Below are positions 9,499 through 18,590 of a stretch of DNA of 38,882 nt, piece after piece. The notes under the pieces were generated by a model. That model did not search any database. It saw only the letters and a list, made by a program, of their open reading frames with translations, and was not told the origin of the DNA. The translations under genes and the position numbers were made by a program. The DNA lies in sequence record SRR20825006_1572; one strand, written 5' to 3'. Position 1 is the first letter of the stretch. Every line of letters starts with the position of its first letter.

Positions 9499-11844
9499 TC
9501 AGTTTTGGATAATAAACTCAGGCGAATTCGTCATCGCCCAGATCAAATCTTCAGTGACGCGCCGCCGGTTCTCTTCGGTGGCGACGTCGTCCTTCGCATC
9601 GCTGCTTGGATTCGCTTCGTCGCTTTCGCTGGCTTCGCAAATCAGGGTTTCGGCAAAGCTTTGTTCGTCGGCGTTTGGTTTTCGCGAAAAGATGGCCAAG
9701 TACAAATCCGTGACGATGTCCGCGGGTGATGAGTCACTTTTGGCCAGTCTTGCGGCACGTCCCGAATCACTTCGGATGCGTGCGTCCAGTTCTCGTGCGT
9801 TCATCAAGTGCAGCGTCTGGGTGACCGATGAATCGGGGATGCGCTCGCAGGGTGGATCCTTGTTCTCGTCGGGTCTGCCAAACGTGTCCAAAAACGTTGA
9901 GTCGATTCGGTGCGTCCAAACTTGGTTGGCTCGCGATTCGGGGGCCAGCGCAGAAAACGATTCAGACGTTTCCGTCACATCCGCGACGGCTTGGGCCAGT
10001 ACCTCGGCTCGCAACCGATGCCGGTAGTGACGCGAGTAGTTCAACCGGTCGGCTGCGTTGGTTTCGTTGGGAACGGAACTGAGCGAGTAGACGTTGGAGA
10101 GCACGATGGTCTTGATCAAGTTCTTTTGATCGAAACCGGATTGTTGAAAGTGCTCGGCCAAGGCATCCAGCAGTGCCGGGTTGCTGGGCGGGTTGGTGCT
10201 GCGAAGATCGTCGACGGGATCGACGATGCCTCGGCCCATCAACTGTGCCCACACGCGATTGACGTGGACCTGGGCGAAGTAGTCGTTGTCCGGGGAGGTC
10301 ATCCATTCCGCGAGTGCGTCCCGTGGGTCCGAGCCCTCGGGCACGTCGGCCGTTCCGAACAGGGGCGATGGAGGCAGCACTTCGTCGGTCACCGGATGTT
10401 TGACGTCGCCCTTGGTTGAAGCGTAAACGATCTCTTCGCCGCCGGAGATTGGCGGGGACAAACCTTTGCCTTTGCGACCGACTTTGCCAAAGTAGGCGGC
10501 GAAGGAATAGAAGTCGTGCTGGCTCCACTTTTCAAACGGATGATGGTGACACTTGGCGCATTCCAATCGGACGCCGAGAAACAATTGGCTGACCAACGTG
10601 GCAACTTCATCGGGGCTGCGTCGATCACGGAACAGCGTCACCGCTCCGTTGTGCCAAGTGCTGCCTTTGGCTGTGATCAGACGTCGTGCAAATTCGTCGT
10701 AGGGAACGTTCTCTCGAAACTGCTGGCGAATCCAGTTGTCATAGTTCAGGACCGCCTTGATTCCGACGCGATAGGGATTGGGACGCAGCAGGTCAGCCCA
10801 TTGGTTGGCCCAGTGATCGATGAATTCGGGTTGATCGAGAAGACGATCGACCAACTGTTCACGCTTGTCGGAATCTTGCGAATCCAAAAATTCGCGAGCC
10901 TCCTCCATCGTCGGCGGCCGTCCGATCACATCGGTGTAAACGCGTCGTAAGAACGTTGACTCGCTGGCCGGATCCGAAACTTGGATCTGAAGTTGGTTCA
11001 GTTTTTCATAGACCAAGTCATCGATGAAATTCGCACGAGGTTGTTGCTCGTAGAATTTTTCGGTCAACGCCGTCGTTCGCGGGATGCTGACATTGGCCAC
11101 ACAAATGTGATTCACGTAGCGAGCCATCACCGCGGTCTCGCCTGGAATTGGTCCGGCAACGAGTTTTCCCGTGGCGTCGACCGATGTGATCGCGTCATCG
11201 TTGGACAGATACCCAGTCAAAGATGTGACATCTCTCTGGCTGCCATCGCTGTAGTGAGCCACCACCGCAAGCTGAGCCGTTTCGGATGGTTTGAGCAGGA
11301 ATTCGGTCTCGGCGATTTCAACGGATGTCACCGAGGGTTCGTCTGCCAGTCGACGCGGCGCACCTTGACGAATCCAGGCGGTCAGGGTGGCGTAGGCCTT
11401 CGATCCCACTTCGATTTTTCGACCACCGCCATGCGGCAATTCCGCGGTCGCTTTTTGAACCAACAGGCTGGACTCGGGAGACCGGATGGTGAGCCGTCGC
11501 CCGCGGGCCTGTCGAACAATCGCGTCGTAATCGAAGTTGGAATCAAATCCCAGCAACGAAAGTTGGAACCCGTTCTGGCCGCGTTGTTTGCCGTGGCAGG
11601 CACCTGCGTTGCAGCCATGAGCAGCCAGGATGGGTTGCACGTCCAGTTCGAAACTGACCGGCGTTTCTACGACGACAGGTGATTGCGAGCCGCTTGGCAA
11701 CGTCTGGTTGGACGCAGTCGCCGGCAATGTCGGATCCGCGAAAGCTCGGTCGAGACCGACAAAGCATTGGCAGATGACCCCCAACAACATCGCTGCTATG
11801 GCGACGTGAATGGGCGACAACCTTGGGGAAAGGCGATCAGACAT
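9499..11844 (-). CDS. DUF1549/DUF1553 domain protein with an Ig-like domain and heme-type motifs
   Basis: VSFELDVQPIL...GCNAGACHG, NFIDDLV, FLRRVYTDVIGRPPT, LECAKCHHHPFEKW, VNRVWAQLMGRGIVDPVDD. Start placed at ATG 11844 (MSDRLS) to avoid overlap with the upstream gene; the ORF extends to 11955. Confidence 0.9.
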   Translation of the reverse strand: MSDRLSPRLSPIHVAIAAMLLGVICQCFVGLDRAFADPTLPATASNQTLPSGSQSPVVVETPVSFELDVQPILAAHGCNAGACHGKQRGQNGFQLSLLGFDSNFDYDAIVRQARGRRLTIRSPESSLLVQKATAELPHGGGRKIEVGSKAYATLTAWIRQGAPRRLADEPSVTSVEIAETEFLLKPSETAQLAVVAHYSDGSQRDVTSLTGYLSNDDAITSVDATGKLVAGPIPGETAVMARYVNHICVANVSIPRTTALTEKFYEQQPRANFIDDLVYEKLNQLQIQVSDPASESTFLRRVYTDVIGRPPTMEEAREFLDSQDSDKREQLVDRLLDQPEFIDHWANQWADLLRPNPYRVGIKAVLNYDNWIRQQFRENVPYDEFARRLITAKGSTWHNGAVTLFRDRRSPDEVATLVSQLFLGVRLECAKCHHHPFEKWSQHDFYSFAAYFGKVGRKGKGLSPPISGGEEIVYASTKGDVKHPVTDEVLPPSPLFGTADVPEGSDPRDALAEWMTSPDNDYFAQVHVNRVWAQLMGRGIVDPVDDLRSTNPPSNPALLDALAEHFQQSGFDQKNLIKTIVLSNVYSLSSVPNETNAADRLNYSRHYRHRLRAEVLAQAVADVTETSESFSALAPESRANQVWTHRIDSTFLDTFGRPDENKDPPCERIPDSSVTQTLHLMNARELDARIRSDSGRAARLAKSDSSPADIVTDLYLAIFSRKPNADEQSFAETLICEASESDEANPSSDAKDDVATEENRRRVTEDLIWAMTNSPEFIIQN

Positions 11845-11914
11845 GGCGGGCGGGAGGTGGGTGGGGTCTGGGGAGGGACCCTCAGCATAGCCAATTGCGG
11901 AGCGCCGTTGGGAA

Positions 11915-12724
11915 CTAATTTTCGCGAGGCACAGGATCGACCGCGTTGGAAACATCGCAACCGTTCAACCGGAGTCGCACCAGCAGATCGTTGAGAGCCG
12001 GGCGAGCGGTTGGAACTTCGGGCAAATGGGACTGTTCGTGAGCCTCCTTCAATTGACGAACCAATCGCTCAAATTCGCTGGCATGAAAGTCAAGGTCGGC
12101 GGCATCGAGCGTTCCTTTCTCCGGGCCGGTTTGCTTGCGATCGATCAGTTCATCAATGTACGAGAGTCTCGCGGTTTGATTAAGTGTCACGAGGTTGGAC
12201 TCGACGACGCCCGCCCGCATCAAATGAATTCCAGTCAACAGCACGCGGTACACGTAGAGCAGCGGTTTGACCCGCGGCGGTGTTTCCTTGGAGAACAGTT
12301 TCCACTGAGTCGCTGCGAAACCGAGGTAGTGGTGAGCGTGATGCCGGGTGATGCAGTTCTCCGCGATCGATTTCAGTTCGTCGTGTTCCGGCGTGGTGCG
12401 AACGACCAGCGGTGAGAAGACTTGTTCGAGCACGTAACCGTTTCGTCGCAACATCAGCCCAAAGAACTTGCCAACGTCGTGTGTGACCAGGTCAATCTCA
12501 AGGCCGTCGTAAACCCCTTCTTTCTCGATGGTCAGTTCGCCATCCTCCAAACCGACAACCGTTTGCAGTGGCAGCAAGTGCACGCCGCGAAGATCAAAGT
12601 CGGAGTTGGCGGATGGGAAACCGTACAGGTGAGCTCCACTGATGGTGGCGAACAACAGCGGATGGGGTGCAGCACGGATGTGCGGCAGCATTTTGTCGTA
12701 GTCGATTGTTCGGGCGTCAGTCAT
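11915..12724 (-). CDS. RlaP/YcgL-type (PF10127-like) Pol-beta superfamily nucleotidyltransferase, copy 2
   Basis: TISGAHLYGFPSANSDFDLRGVH (G[AS]xxYG...SDxD), NGYVLEQVFSPL, HHYLGFA, KPLLYVYRVLLTG. ATG at 12724 overlaps the upstream TGA (ATGA). Confidence 0.88.
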   Translation of the reverse strand: MTDARTIDYDKMLPHIRAAPHPLLFATISGAHLYGFPSANSDFDLRGVHLLPLQTVVGLEDGELTIEKEGVYDGLEIDLVTHDVGKFFGLMLRRNGYVLEQVFSPLVVRTTPEHDELKSIAENCITRHHAHHYLGFAATQWKLFSKETPPRVKPLLYVYRVLLTGIHLMRAGVVESNLVTLNQTARLSYIDELIDRKQTGPEKGTLDAADLDFHASEFERLVRQLKEAHEQSHLPEVPTARPALNDLLVRLRLNGCDVSNAVDPVPREN

Positions 12725-13665
12725 GGAAGATTCTCTTGGATGGCTTCGCGGCGAGCATCGACCAAGAACGCGTTGATTCGTTCGTAGTCGGGACGATCGG
12801 GCAGTGGGGTGGTTTGGAAAGCGGATTCGAATTCTCGTTGCAGTTCTTTTCGCCATTCATCTGCCGCGTGGAATGGCATGTCGCCATGTTTGATCGTCAG
12901 CAAGCGGTCTCGGTGCTGTCCGACATCAACGATCATCTCGCCGTTTTGCAGAACGTGCGTTCCTGACAGCAGCAACCGAATCAGGTGCATGACGTGTTTC
13001 CACTTCACACGGCCTTGATTGCGGATGTCCGTTTGCATCTTTTTGAATTGAGAAGCGACGTAGCCTGAGAACGTTTGGAAAACGAGCTTGGATAAAAAGG
13101 ACTCACGCATCGCGAGCAAGTCTTTGCCGAGCGGTGTGACCTTTTCGACGATTGGCGAATAGAGACATTCGAGAACGTTCGGGTTCGCTTTCAAAGCCAG
13201 CACAATGAACTTCTGCAGTTCCCAGTAGACTTCCTGGGTTTGGTCGTTCTCAAGTTGTTCCGGGACACCGTAGAGCGACCAATGGAGCTCCGCCGGCGGA
13301 AGGTAGATGCCTCGTCGATCTGTGTCGGAATCTTCGTCGTCGAGCCCGTACGCTCGTGAACCGATCACGCAGCGGTAAATGACACGCTCATACAGTCCCG
13401 AGTCCATCAGCGGGGCGGTGGCATCTCGGATGGATAGATTTTTGAACTCGGACAATCGAACGAGCTGGTCGTGATGAATCGCGGCTTCGAACCCGTCGCT
13501 GAACTTGACGCGATACGCGTGGGTGCGATCGACCGGCGACCGCACGATCACGCCAACCGCACCGGCGGGATGAGCGATTCGATCATTCGTTGTCATCACA
13601 TCTTTTTGAGCGACAACCTGCGTGCCCGGTGAGTGGATCAGCGAAGGGTGCTTGGGGAGATTCAT
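12721..13665 (-). CDS. RlaP-type (PF10127-like) Pol-beta nucleotidyltransferase, copy 1, with an extra N-terminal beta-barrel-like domain
   Basis: VIGSRAYGLDDEDSDTDRRGIY, WELQKFIVLALKANPNVLECLYSP, TFSGYVASQF, KHVMHLIRLL, LPDRPDYERINAFL. Confidence 0.9.
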   Translation of the reverse strand: MNLPKHPSLIHSPGTQVVAQKDVMTTNDRIAHPAGAVGVIVRSPVDRTHAYRVKFSDGFEAAIHHDQLVRLSEFKNLSIRDATAPLMDSGLYERVIYRCVIGSRAYGLDDEDSDTDRRGIYLPPAELHWSLYGVPEQLENDQTQEVYWELQKFIVLALKANPNVLECLYSPIVEKVTPLGKDLLAMRESFLSKLVFQTFSGYVASQFKKMQTDIRNQGRVKWKHVMHLIRLLLSGTHVLQNGEMIVDVGQHRDRLLTIKHGDMPFHAADEWRKELQREFESAFQTTPLPDRPDYERINAFLVDARREAIQENLP

Positions 13666-13830
13666 CGAATTCGACTGGTGCGGTAAAAACTGGAGTGCTT
13701 GATTGTAGGTGGTGGAAAGAGTCGAGCGGTCGAAGGTTCGGTGAAGATTGGGAACGCCAACATGATGAACCTGTTCATGTCATGATGTGTCTCTTGATGT
13801 CGGAATATGACGCGTCGTTAGGAGAACAGC

Positions 13831-14637
13831 ATGACACTCAAACAGCTCGCGCAAGAAGTCCTCGACCTGATCGATGCTGGTGAGTATCGAGTCGACGAGA
13901 CGGTCGTGCGATTTGCCGAACAACAAAATCGAGCGGTGCAATCGACCCGGTTGTATCGACCGGATGAGCTCGAGTCTCTGCGAGCGGAACCCGCGAAGGT
14001 GAGCCAAGTTGTCCATGTAATTGATGGAACGACTCAGGTGGTTGCTCAGCAATTGTCAGGTGCAGGTGAACTAGCGTTGTTGAACTTCGCTTCCGCACGC
14101 AATCCGGGTGGCGGTTTTTTAAACGGTGCAAAAGCACAGGAAGAAGACCTGTGTCGATGCAGTGGTTTGTATCCCTGTTTGATCGAACACATGGAATACT
14201 ACGAAGCAAATCGAAATCAATCGTCGCTGTTGTACACCGATCATGCCATCTTCAGTCCCAAGGTTCCGTTCTTTCGAACCAGGGGCACCGGCGATCTGCT
14301 AGAGGTTCCTTTCTTCGCGTCCGTGATCACAGCACCGGCTCCGAATAGCAGACCTTTCCTGCGTGGCAATCCCAATGCGACCGAGGAGTTGGAGAGTACC
14401 TTCCTGCGGAGGTGGCGGAACGTTCTTCGAATTGCGAGGGATCAGAACGTGCGGTGTCTTCTTCTGGGGGCGTGGGGATGTGGAGCGTTCGGAGGTGACC
14501 CGTTGATGGCGTCACGCACCGCGAGGTCCGCAATTGCATCGGATGGTCGCGATATCAGCGAGATTGTTTTCGCCATTCCCGGTACCGGACGGCAGAGCAA
14601 AGCGAACTTGGACGCATTTCGCGAAATGTTCGGATGA
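13831..14637 (+). CDS. TIGR02452 / DUF2263 bacterial-type poly(ADP-ribose) glycohydrolase (macrodomain)
   Basis: PARG signature LNFASARNPGGGFLNGAKAQEEDLCR (GGG-x7-QEE), ITAPAPN, LLGAWGCGAFG. GGAG RBS upstream of the ATG. Confidence 0.92.
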   Translation: MTLKQLAQEVLDLIDAGEYRVDETVVRFAEQQNRAVQSTRLYRPDELESLRAEPAKVSQVVHVIDGTTQVVAQQLSGAGELALLNFASARNPGGGFLNGAKAQEEDLCRCSGLYPCLIEHMEYYEANRNQSSLLYTDHAIFSPKVPFFRTRGTGDLLEVPFFASVITAPAPNSRPFLRGNPNATEELESTFLRRWRNVLRIARDQNVRCLLLGAWGCGAFGGDPLMASRTARSAIASDGRDISEIVFAIPGTGRQSKANLDAFREMFG

Positions 14638-14676
14638 TGATTGGAAGATTGGCTGTGGATCGGGAGTGTGGCTTGC

Positions 14677-16659
14677 CTATCGTTTGCTCATGCTGCTTGC
14701 GATGCGGTCTCGGTCGATGCGATCAATGACTTCCATGAGTCGCGGTTTTCGGCCGTGTTTTGTTTTGAAGTCGGCCAAGATGTTTTCCCATTCCGCTTGC
14801 TGGTTGTTTTGAAACAAGAGCGTCTTGACCTTCTTGAGATGCTTTCCGACCAACGGATATGTTTTGGTGTTGGTCTGCGCAGCGACGGACAACGCTTCAC
14901 GCAGATAGATCTCGATCGCGCGTTCGGGATGAGATTTTTCAACCGACTTCGCCACCGACAAGCGATCAATGCGAGCGGAATGGAACCGCGAGTCCGATGA
15001 ATTTGCATTCGCGGTATCGTACAACCGCAACGTTTCATCTGGCGAACTGTTTTTGATCGAAAGACCGATCAGTACATCGTAGTGTGGGCCGCGGTCGTGC
15101 CTCGTTTCGCTGACAGGTTGGTCGGCGTCCTGTCCGAGTGGTGCTCGCGGCAAGGGCCAAGCCTTCGTCGCTTTTGTTCGTCGCATTTGGTTGCGGTCCA
15201 AGTCCGGTCGTTTGCCCGTTTCCAAGAACCGGCGAGCCGCGGTTTCAATGACTGCTTTGCATTTTGCTTTGTTGGATGCTTGGAGCAGCTTTTCAAACCC
15301 GTCGACCGATGGTGATTCGAAAAAGTCTTCGGCAGCGATCGCCGCGGGGATTTTCCATTCTTTCCGCTTCGATGCGAGTTCACCAATCAATTCTTGAAGG
15401 TGATGGATGATCCCACGGAATTGAAGGTCCGTTTCGCGAAGACCCCGATAGGCGAGTTCTTCTGCTTCGGCGTCGAAGCCATCGTCCATCAATTCTTTGA
15501 CCGCTCTCATGAAGCTTCCACATGTCAGCGCTTCAGCGACACTGATTTCACGAGCTTCTTCATCTCGACCACAGGCACGCAGGGCGTGAATCGCCATGCT
15601 TCCCGTTTGTTCGCGTTGGCGGTTTGGACTGACGAAACCATGCCGATCGGTCTTGGCGGGCAGAGAATGCAAGCGAACGATCAGTTCGTCGGCAACCGAT
15701 GACCAAGCCGACGTCGGCCATTTGCTTTGGAACAACTCTGCGACGGAGGCGGCCAGATCGTAGTCGTCATCGAGACTGAGATCGAACGCTACAAGCAATC
15801 TCTGCTCGTCGGAGAGTGAAGACTTTCGAATCGCTTTGGCGACCGTTTCCATACACTCGCACAGTTGACCGCAGACAGATCCATCGTCATGGCCTCTGTT
15901 GACTTGGTCCGTCCCGCGAGTCATCAGCTCCTTTCCAAGTTTGACCAGCTCGTCCGCATGCCCGGCAGCGAGCAATGTCGTCATTCGTTTTTGGAGTCCG
16001 CTGTAGTCAGGCAGTTCACCCTCACCATCCCAAGCGTCATACCACGCCTCTTCTGCGGTTAACTTTCGCATTTCTTTGTAGGCTTCCGCGAGCAATTTAT
16101 CGAAGTGGCCACTGGCGATGGTGACTTCATCTGCTAGCGTTCGTCGGATGGAGGGTTCGGCGGAACAGCATTTCATCAATCGGTCGATCAAGTTCTCTTT
16201 GGATTCATCGGCCAAATATTCGCGGATCTGTTTGTCGGTTGTGCGTTGTTTGTTGGACACCCCGGAGGATAATTTCGGAGCGGGCGTCGTGTTGTCGTCT
16301 TGCAAGTGTTCAAACCGAACGTCGGTGTCAGAGATGCTCGGTGGGCGTTTGCCTGCTTCACAATCGGCGATCATTTTCAACACCGTCGCAACGCCATGCT
16401 TGCAGTCGTACCCAACCGGGCAAGAGCAATAGGAACTCAGTTGCACACCAGAACGCTTTTTGGTGTTGAGCGAGACCCGAGTGATGTAGGACTCGGTTCC
16501 TTGTACGGTGGCGATGATCGACCCATCACCGCAGAGAACCAGTTTGCGAACTCGACCCTGTTTTTGATAATCTTCGCCGCGCTGAATCGTTCGGCTTCCG
16601 GTCCAGCTTTCGAGCGTGGACCAGGTCAAGGTTTGCCACGCTTTGACGCTCACCGCCAT
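14677..16659 (-). CDS. SWIM zinc-finger protein with a helical-repeat C-terminus
   Basis: RGEDYQKQGRV...ATVQGTESY...CSCPVGYDCKHGVA (CxC-xn-CxH), followed by a long alpha-helical region. AAGGA upstream of the ATG. Confidence 0.88.
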   Translation of the reverse strand: MAVSVKAWQTLTWSTLESWTGSRTIQRGEDYQKQGRVRKLVLCGDGSIIATVQGTESYITRVSLNTKKRSGVQLSSYCSCPVGYDCKHGVATVLKMIADCEAGKRPPSISDTDVRFEHLQDDNTTPAPKLSSGVSNKQRTTDKQIREYLADESKENLIDRLMKCCSAEPSIRRTLADEVTIASGHFDKLLAEAYKEMRKLTAEEAWYDAWDGEGELPDYSGLQKRMTTLLAAGHADELVKLGKELMTRGTDQVNRGHDDGSVCGQLCECMETVAKAIRKSSLSDEQRLLVAFDLSLDDDYDLAASVAELFQSKWPTSAWSSVADELIVRLHSLPAKTDRHGFVSPNRQREQTGSMAIHALRACGRDEEAREISVAEALTCGSFMRAVKELMDDGFDAEAEELAYRGLRETDLQFRGIIHHLQELIGELASKRKEWKIPAAIAAEDFFESPSVDGFEKLLQASNKAKCKAVIETAARRFLETGKRPDLDRNQMRRTKATKAWPLPRAPLGQDADQPVSETRHDRGPHYDVLIGLSIKNSSPDETLRLYDTANANSSDSRFHSARIDRLSVAKSVEKSHPERAIEIYLREALSVAAQTNTKTYPLVGKHLKKVKTLLFQNNQQAEWENILADFKTKHGRKPRLMEVIDRIDRDRIASSMSKR

Positions 16660-16722
16660 GTATCAATTCCTTTTGTGAGTTTCTGAACGGGAGACGCGGA
16701 AGCCATTTGGTGCGATGCGGAC

Positions 16723-17523
16723 TCAGACCGTCGCAAGTACCGATTCCAAATGATCGATGATCGCGGCATTTTTTTCTGCATCCAGTGCATCGGCGTGTGG
16801 CGTGCCGAATTCTCCGGCGTCGTTGTTGAAGTATTGGCCTGAGGCATCAGCGAACTCTTCGTCCAGAGCTGCACGGACAAGGATGTTGGCCCCGATCGTG
16901 ATGTCTTTTCCTGGAACGCCGAACGCCTGATGGACCATCTTGCTGGAAAGCAGAGAGCCCGGATTCACGGCAATGATCGCTGGGCCATCGCTGCCAAGCT
17001 TATCAGCTAACCCTCGGGACCACATGGTGAGTGCAAGCTTGCTTTGGGAGTAGGCCTCCAGGTCGTCCAATTGAAGTTCACCACGGAACGCAGCCATGTC
17101 GACAGGCTTTTGAGCGGCAGAGGAAACGTTGACGATCCGTCCGGATGAATCCATCCGCGATCGAAGTCGCTTTGCCAGCACGTAGGGTGCGATTGTGTTG
17201 ACGACGAATCGAACATCAAGTCCGTCCGGAGTCATCGGATCGGATGTGGACAGCACACCAGCGTTGTTGATCAGCGCGTCGAGGTGGTCATGTTTCGCGG
17301 CGACTGAAATGGCAAGCGACTCGACTTCATTGATGTCCGACAGATCCGCGAGGTACGATTCGATCGATTTCTCGCTCGACAGCGAGCTTAGAGATTGCTC
17401 GACTTGTTTGAGCTTGTCCGCATTGCGGCCGTGAATCAAGACATGGTGACCTCGTGAGACCAATGCCTTGGCGGTTTCTAGGCCAATGCCATCGGTGGCA
17501 CCAGTGATCAAAATGCGTTTCAT
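16723..17523 (-). CDS. SDR family NAD(P)-dependent oxidoreductase
   Basis: MKRILITGATDGIG, LINNAG, YSQSK. ATG at 17523 overlaps the LLM stop (TGATG), so the longer ORF start is unlikely. Confidence 0.9.
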   Translation of the reverse strand: MKRILITGATDGIGLETAKALVSRGHHVLIHGRNADKLKQVEQSLSSLSSEKSIESYLADLSDINEVESLAISVAAKHDHLDALINNAGVLSTSDPMTPDGLDVRFVVNTIAPYVLAKRLRSRMDSSGRIVNVSSAAQKPVDMAAFRGELQLDDLEAYSQSKLALTMWSRGLADKLGSDGPAIIAVNPGSLLSSKMVHQAFGVPGKDITIGANILVRAALDEEFADASGQYFNNDAGEFGTPHADALDAEKNAAIIDHLESVLATV

Positions 17524-18509
17524 CAGTTTCTCTCTTCGTGTTGGTATTCGGGGAGTAGTTCGTCGGCGATGCGTTTCAAGGTCGACTCGATGTCGGCTTG
17601 GTTGAATCGCAGGTTCAAGGCGATGTGATTGACACCCATTTCCTGCCGCGACCGCAGGTACTCGCGAAGCGGATTGATACCGATTCGCAATCCCAGATGA
17701 ATGGGTGTGGGCGGGGTGTCGGGGGACTCGGTGAGGTCGATGTAGAGCGGTTGCAAGACAGGTTGGTTGGGACGCCCGATGGTTCGCATTCGCTGGCGCC
17801 AATCCTGAATAACACGTGCTTGCGATTCGGCTGGTCGCGGGTAAGTCATCCAGCCATCACCGTGAGCCGCCAACCACTCAGGACTCTGTTGACTGCTGCC
17901 CGTGATCAGCAATGGAAGCCTGCCGGAGACCGGCTTGGGTAGCATGTCCATTTCGCCCATGACTCGGCCGCGTTGGTTGTCGAAGCGTGGCCATGGATCA
18001 CTCATCTTGCGGATGTATCGGTAGGACTCGCGAAAACTCGCACCCCGATCAACAAATGGGGCGTTGATTGCGGGGTACTCTTCTGGACGATCCCCGGAAG
18101 CCACGCCAAGGATCAGTCGCCCTCCAGACAACACATCCGCCGTGGCGGCGGCTTTGGCAACGTGAGCGGGATGTCGCAGAGGTAAAATGATGCTGGCAAC
18201 ACCCAACGCAATCCGTTCGGTCAATCCAGACAACAGTCCGAGATACACGAACGGGTCATAAGTCTGGCCGGCATCTCCAAAAGCCGGGACATTGAATGGG
18301 ACATCACGCAACCAGACCGCCGAGAAACCCAATGCTTCGGCAAGCTGCACACGTTCGATGTGTCGGTGCATTTCCGGGACAGGTCCATCACCGTAGTTTT
18401 CAATCGGAACCACCAACCCGAGGCTCAGTCGGTTCGCATGGAACACGCTGTTGTACCCACGGTTGATGGATTGGAATTTGGCGGTGTCGGGAGTGGTTGC
18501 GGAAGACAT
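17523..18509 (-). CDS. Luciferase-like (LLM class) flavin-dependent oxidoreductase, TIGR03571-like
   Basis: AEALGFSAVWLRDVPF, DPFVYLG, LPLRHPAHVAKAAAT.DVLSGGRLILGVASGDRPEEYP, DGWMTYPR. Confidence 0.9.
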   Translation of the reverse strand: MSSATTPDTAKFQSINRGYNSVFHANRLSLGLVVPIENYGDGPVPEMHRHIERVQLAEALGFSAVWLRDVPFNVPAFGDAGQTYDPFVYLGLLSGLTERIALGVASIILPLRHPAHVAKAAATADVLSGGRLILGVASGDRPEEYPAINAPFVDRGASFRESYRYIRKMSDPWPRFDNQRGRVMGEMDMLPKPVSGRLPLLITGSSQQSPEWLAAHGDGWMTYPRPAESQARVIQDWRQRMRTIGRPNQPVLQPLYIDLTESPDTPPTPIHLGLRIGINPLREYLRSRQEMGVNHIALNLRFNQADIESTLKRIADELLPEYQHEERN

Positions 18510-18590
18510 CTCACTTTCGATCGATCAAGAGGAGTGGAAAGCCGTCGGTTCGCGATGATCCATCCGGCTGACGTCAGTCAACATGACGCA

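Noticed and set aside
17524-17802. N-terminal extensions of the SDR ORF (and of the ORFs at 12725-12856 and 23527-23679)
   Set aside because: They overlap the upstream genes. Coupled or RBS-supported internal ATGs match the family starts.
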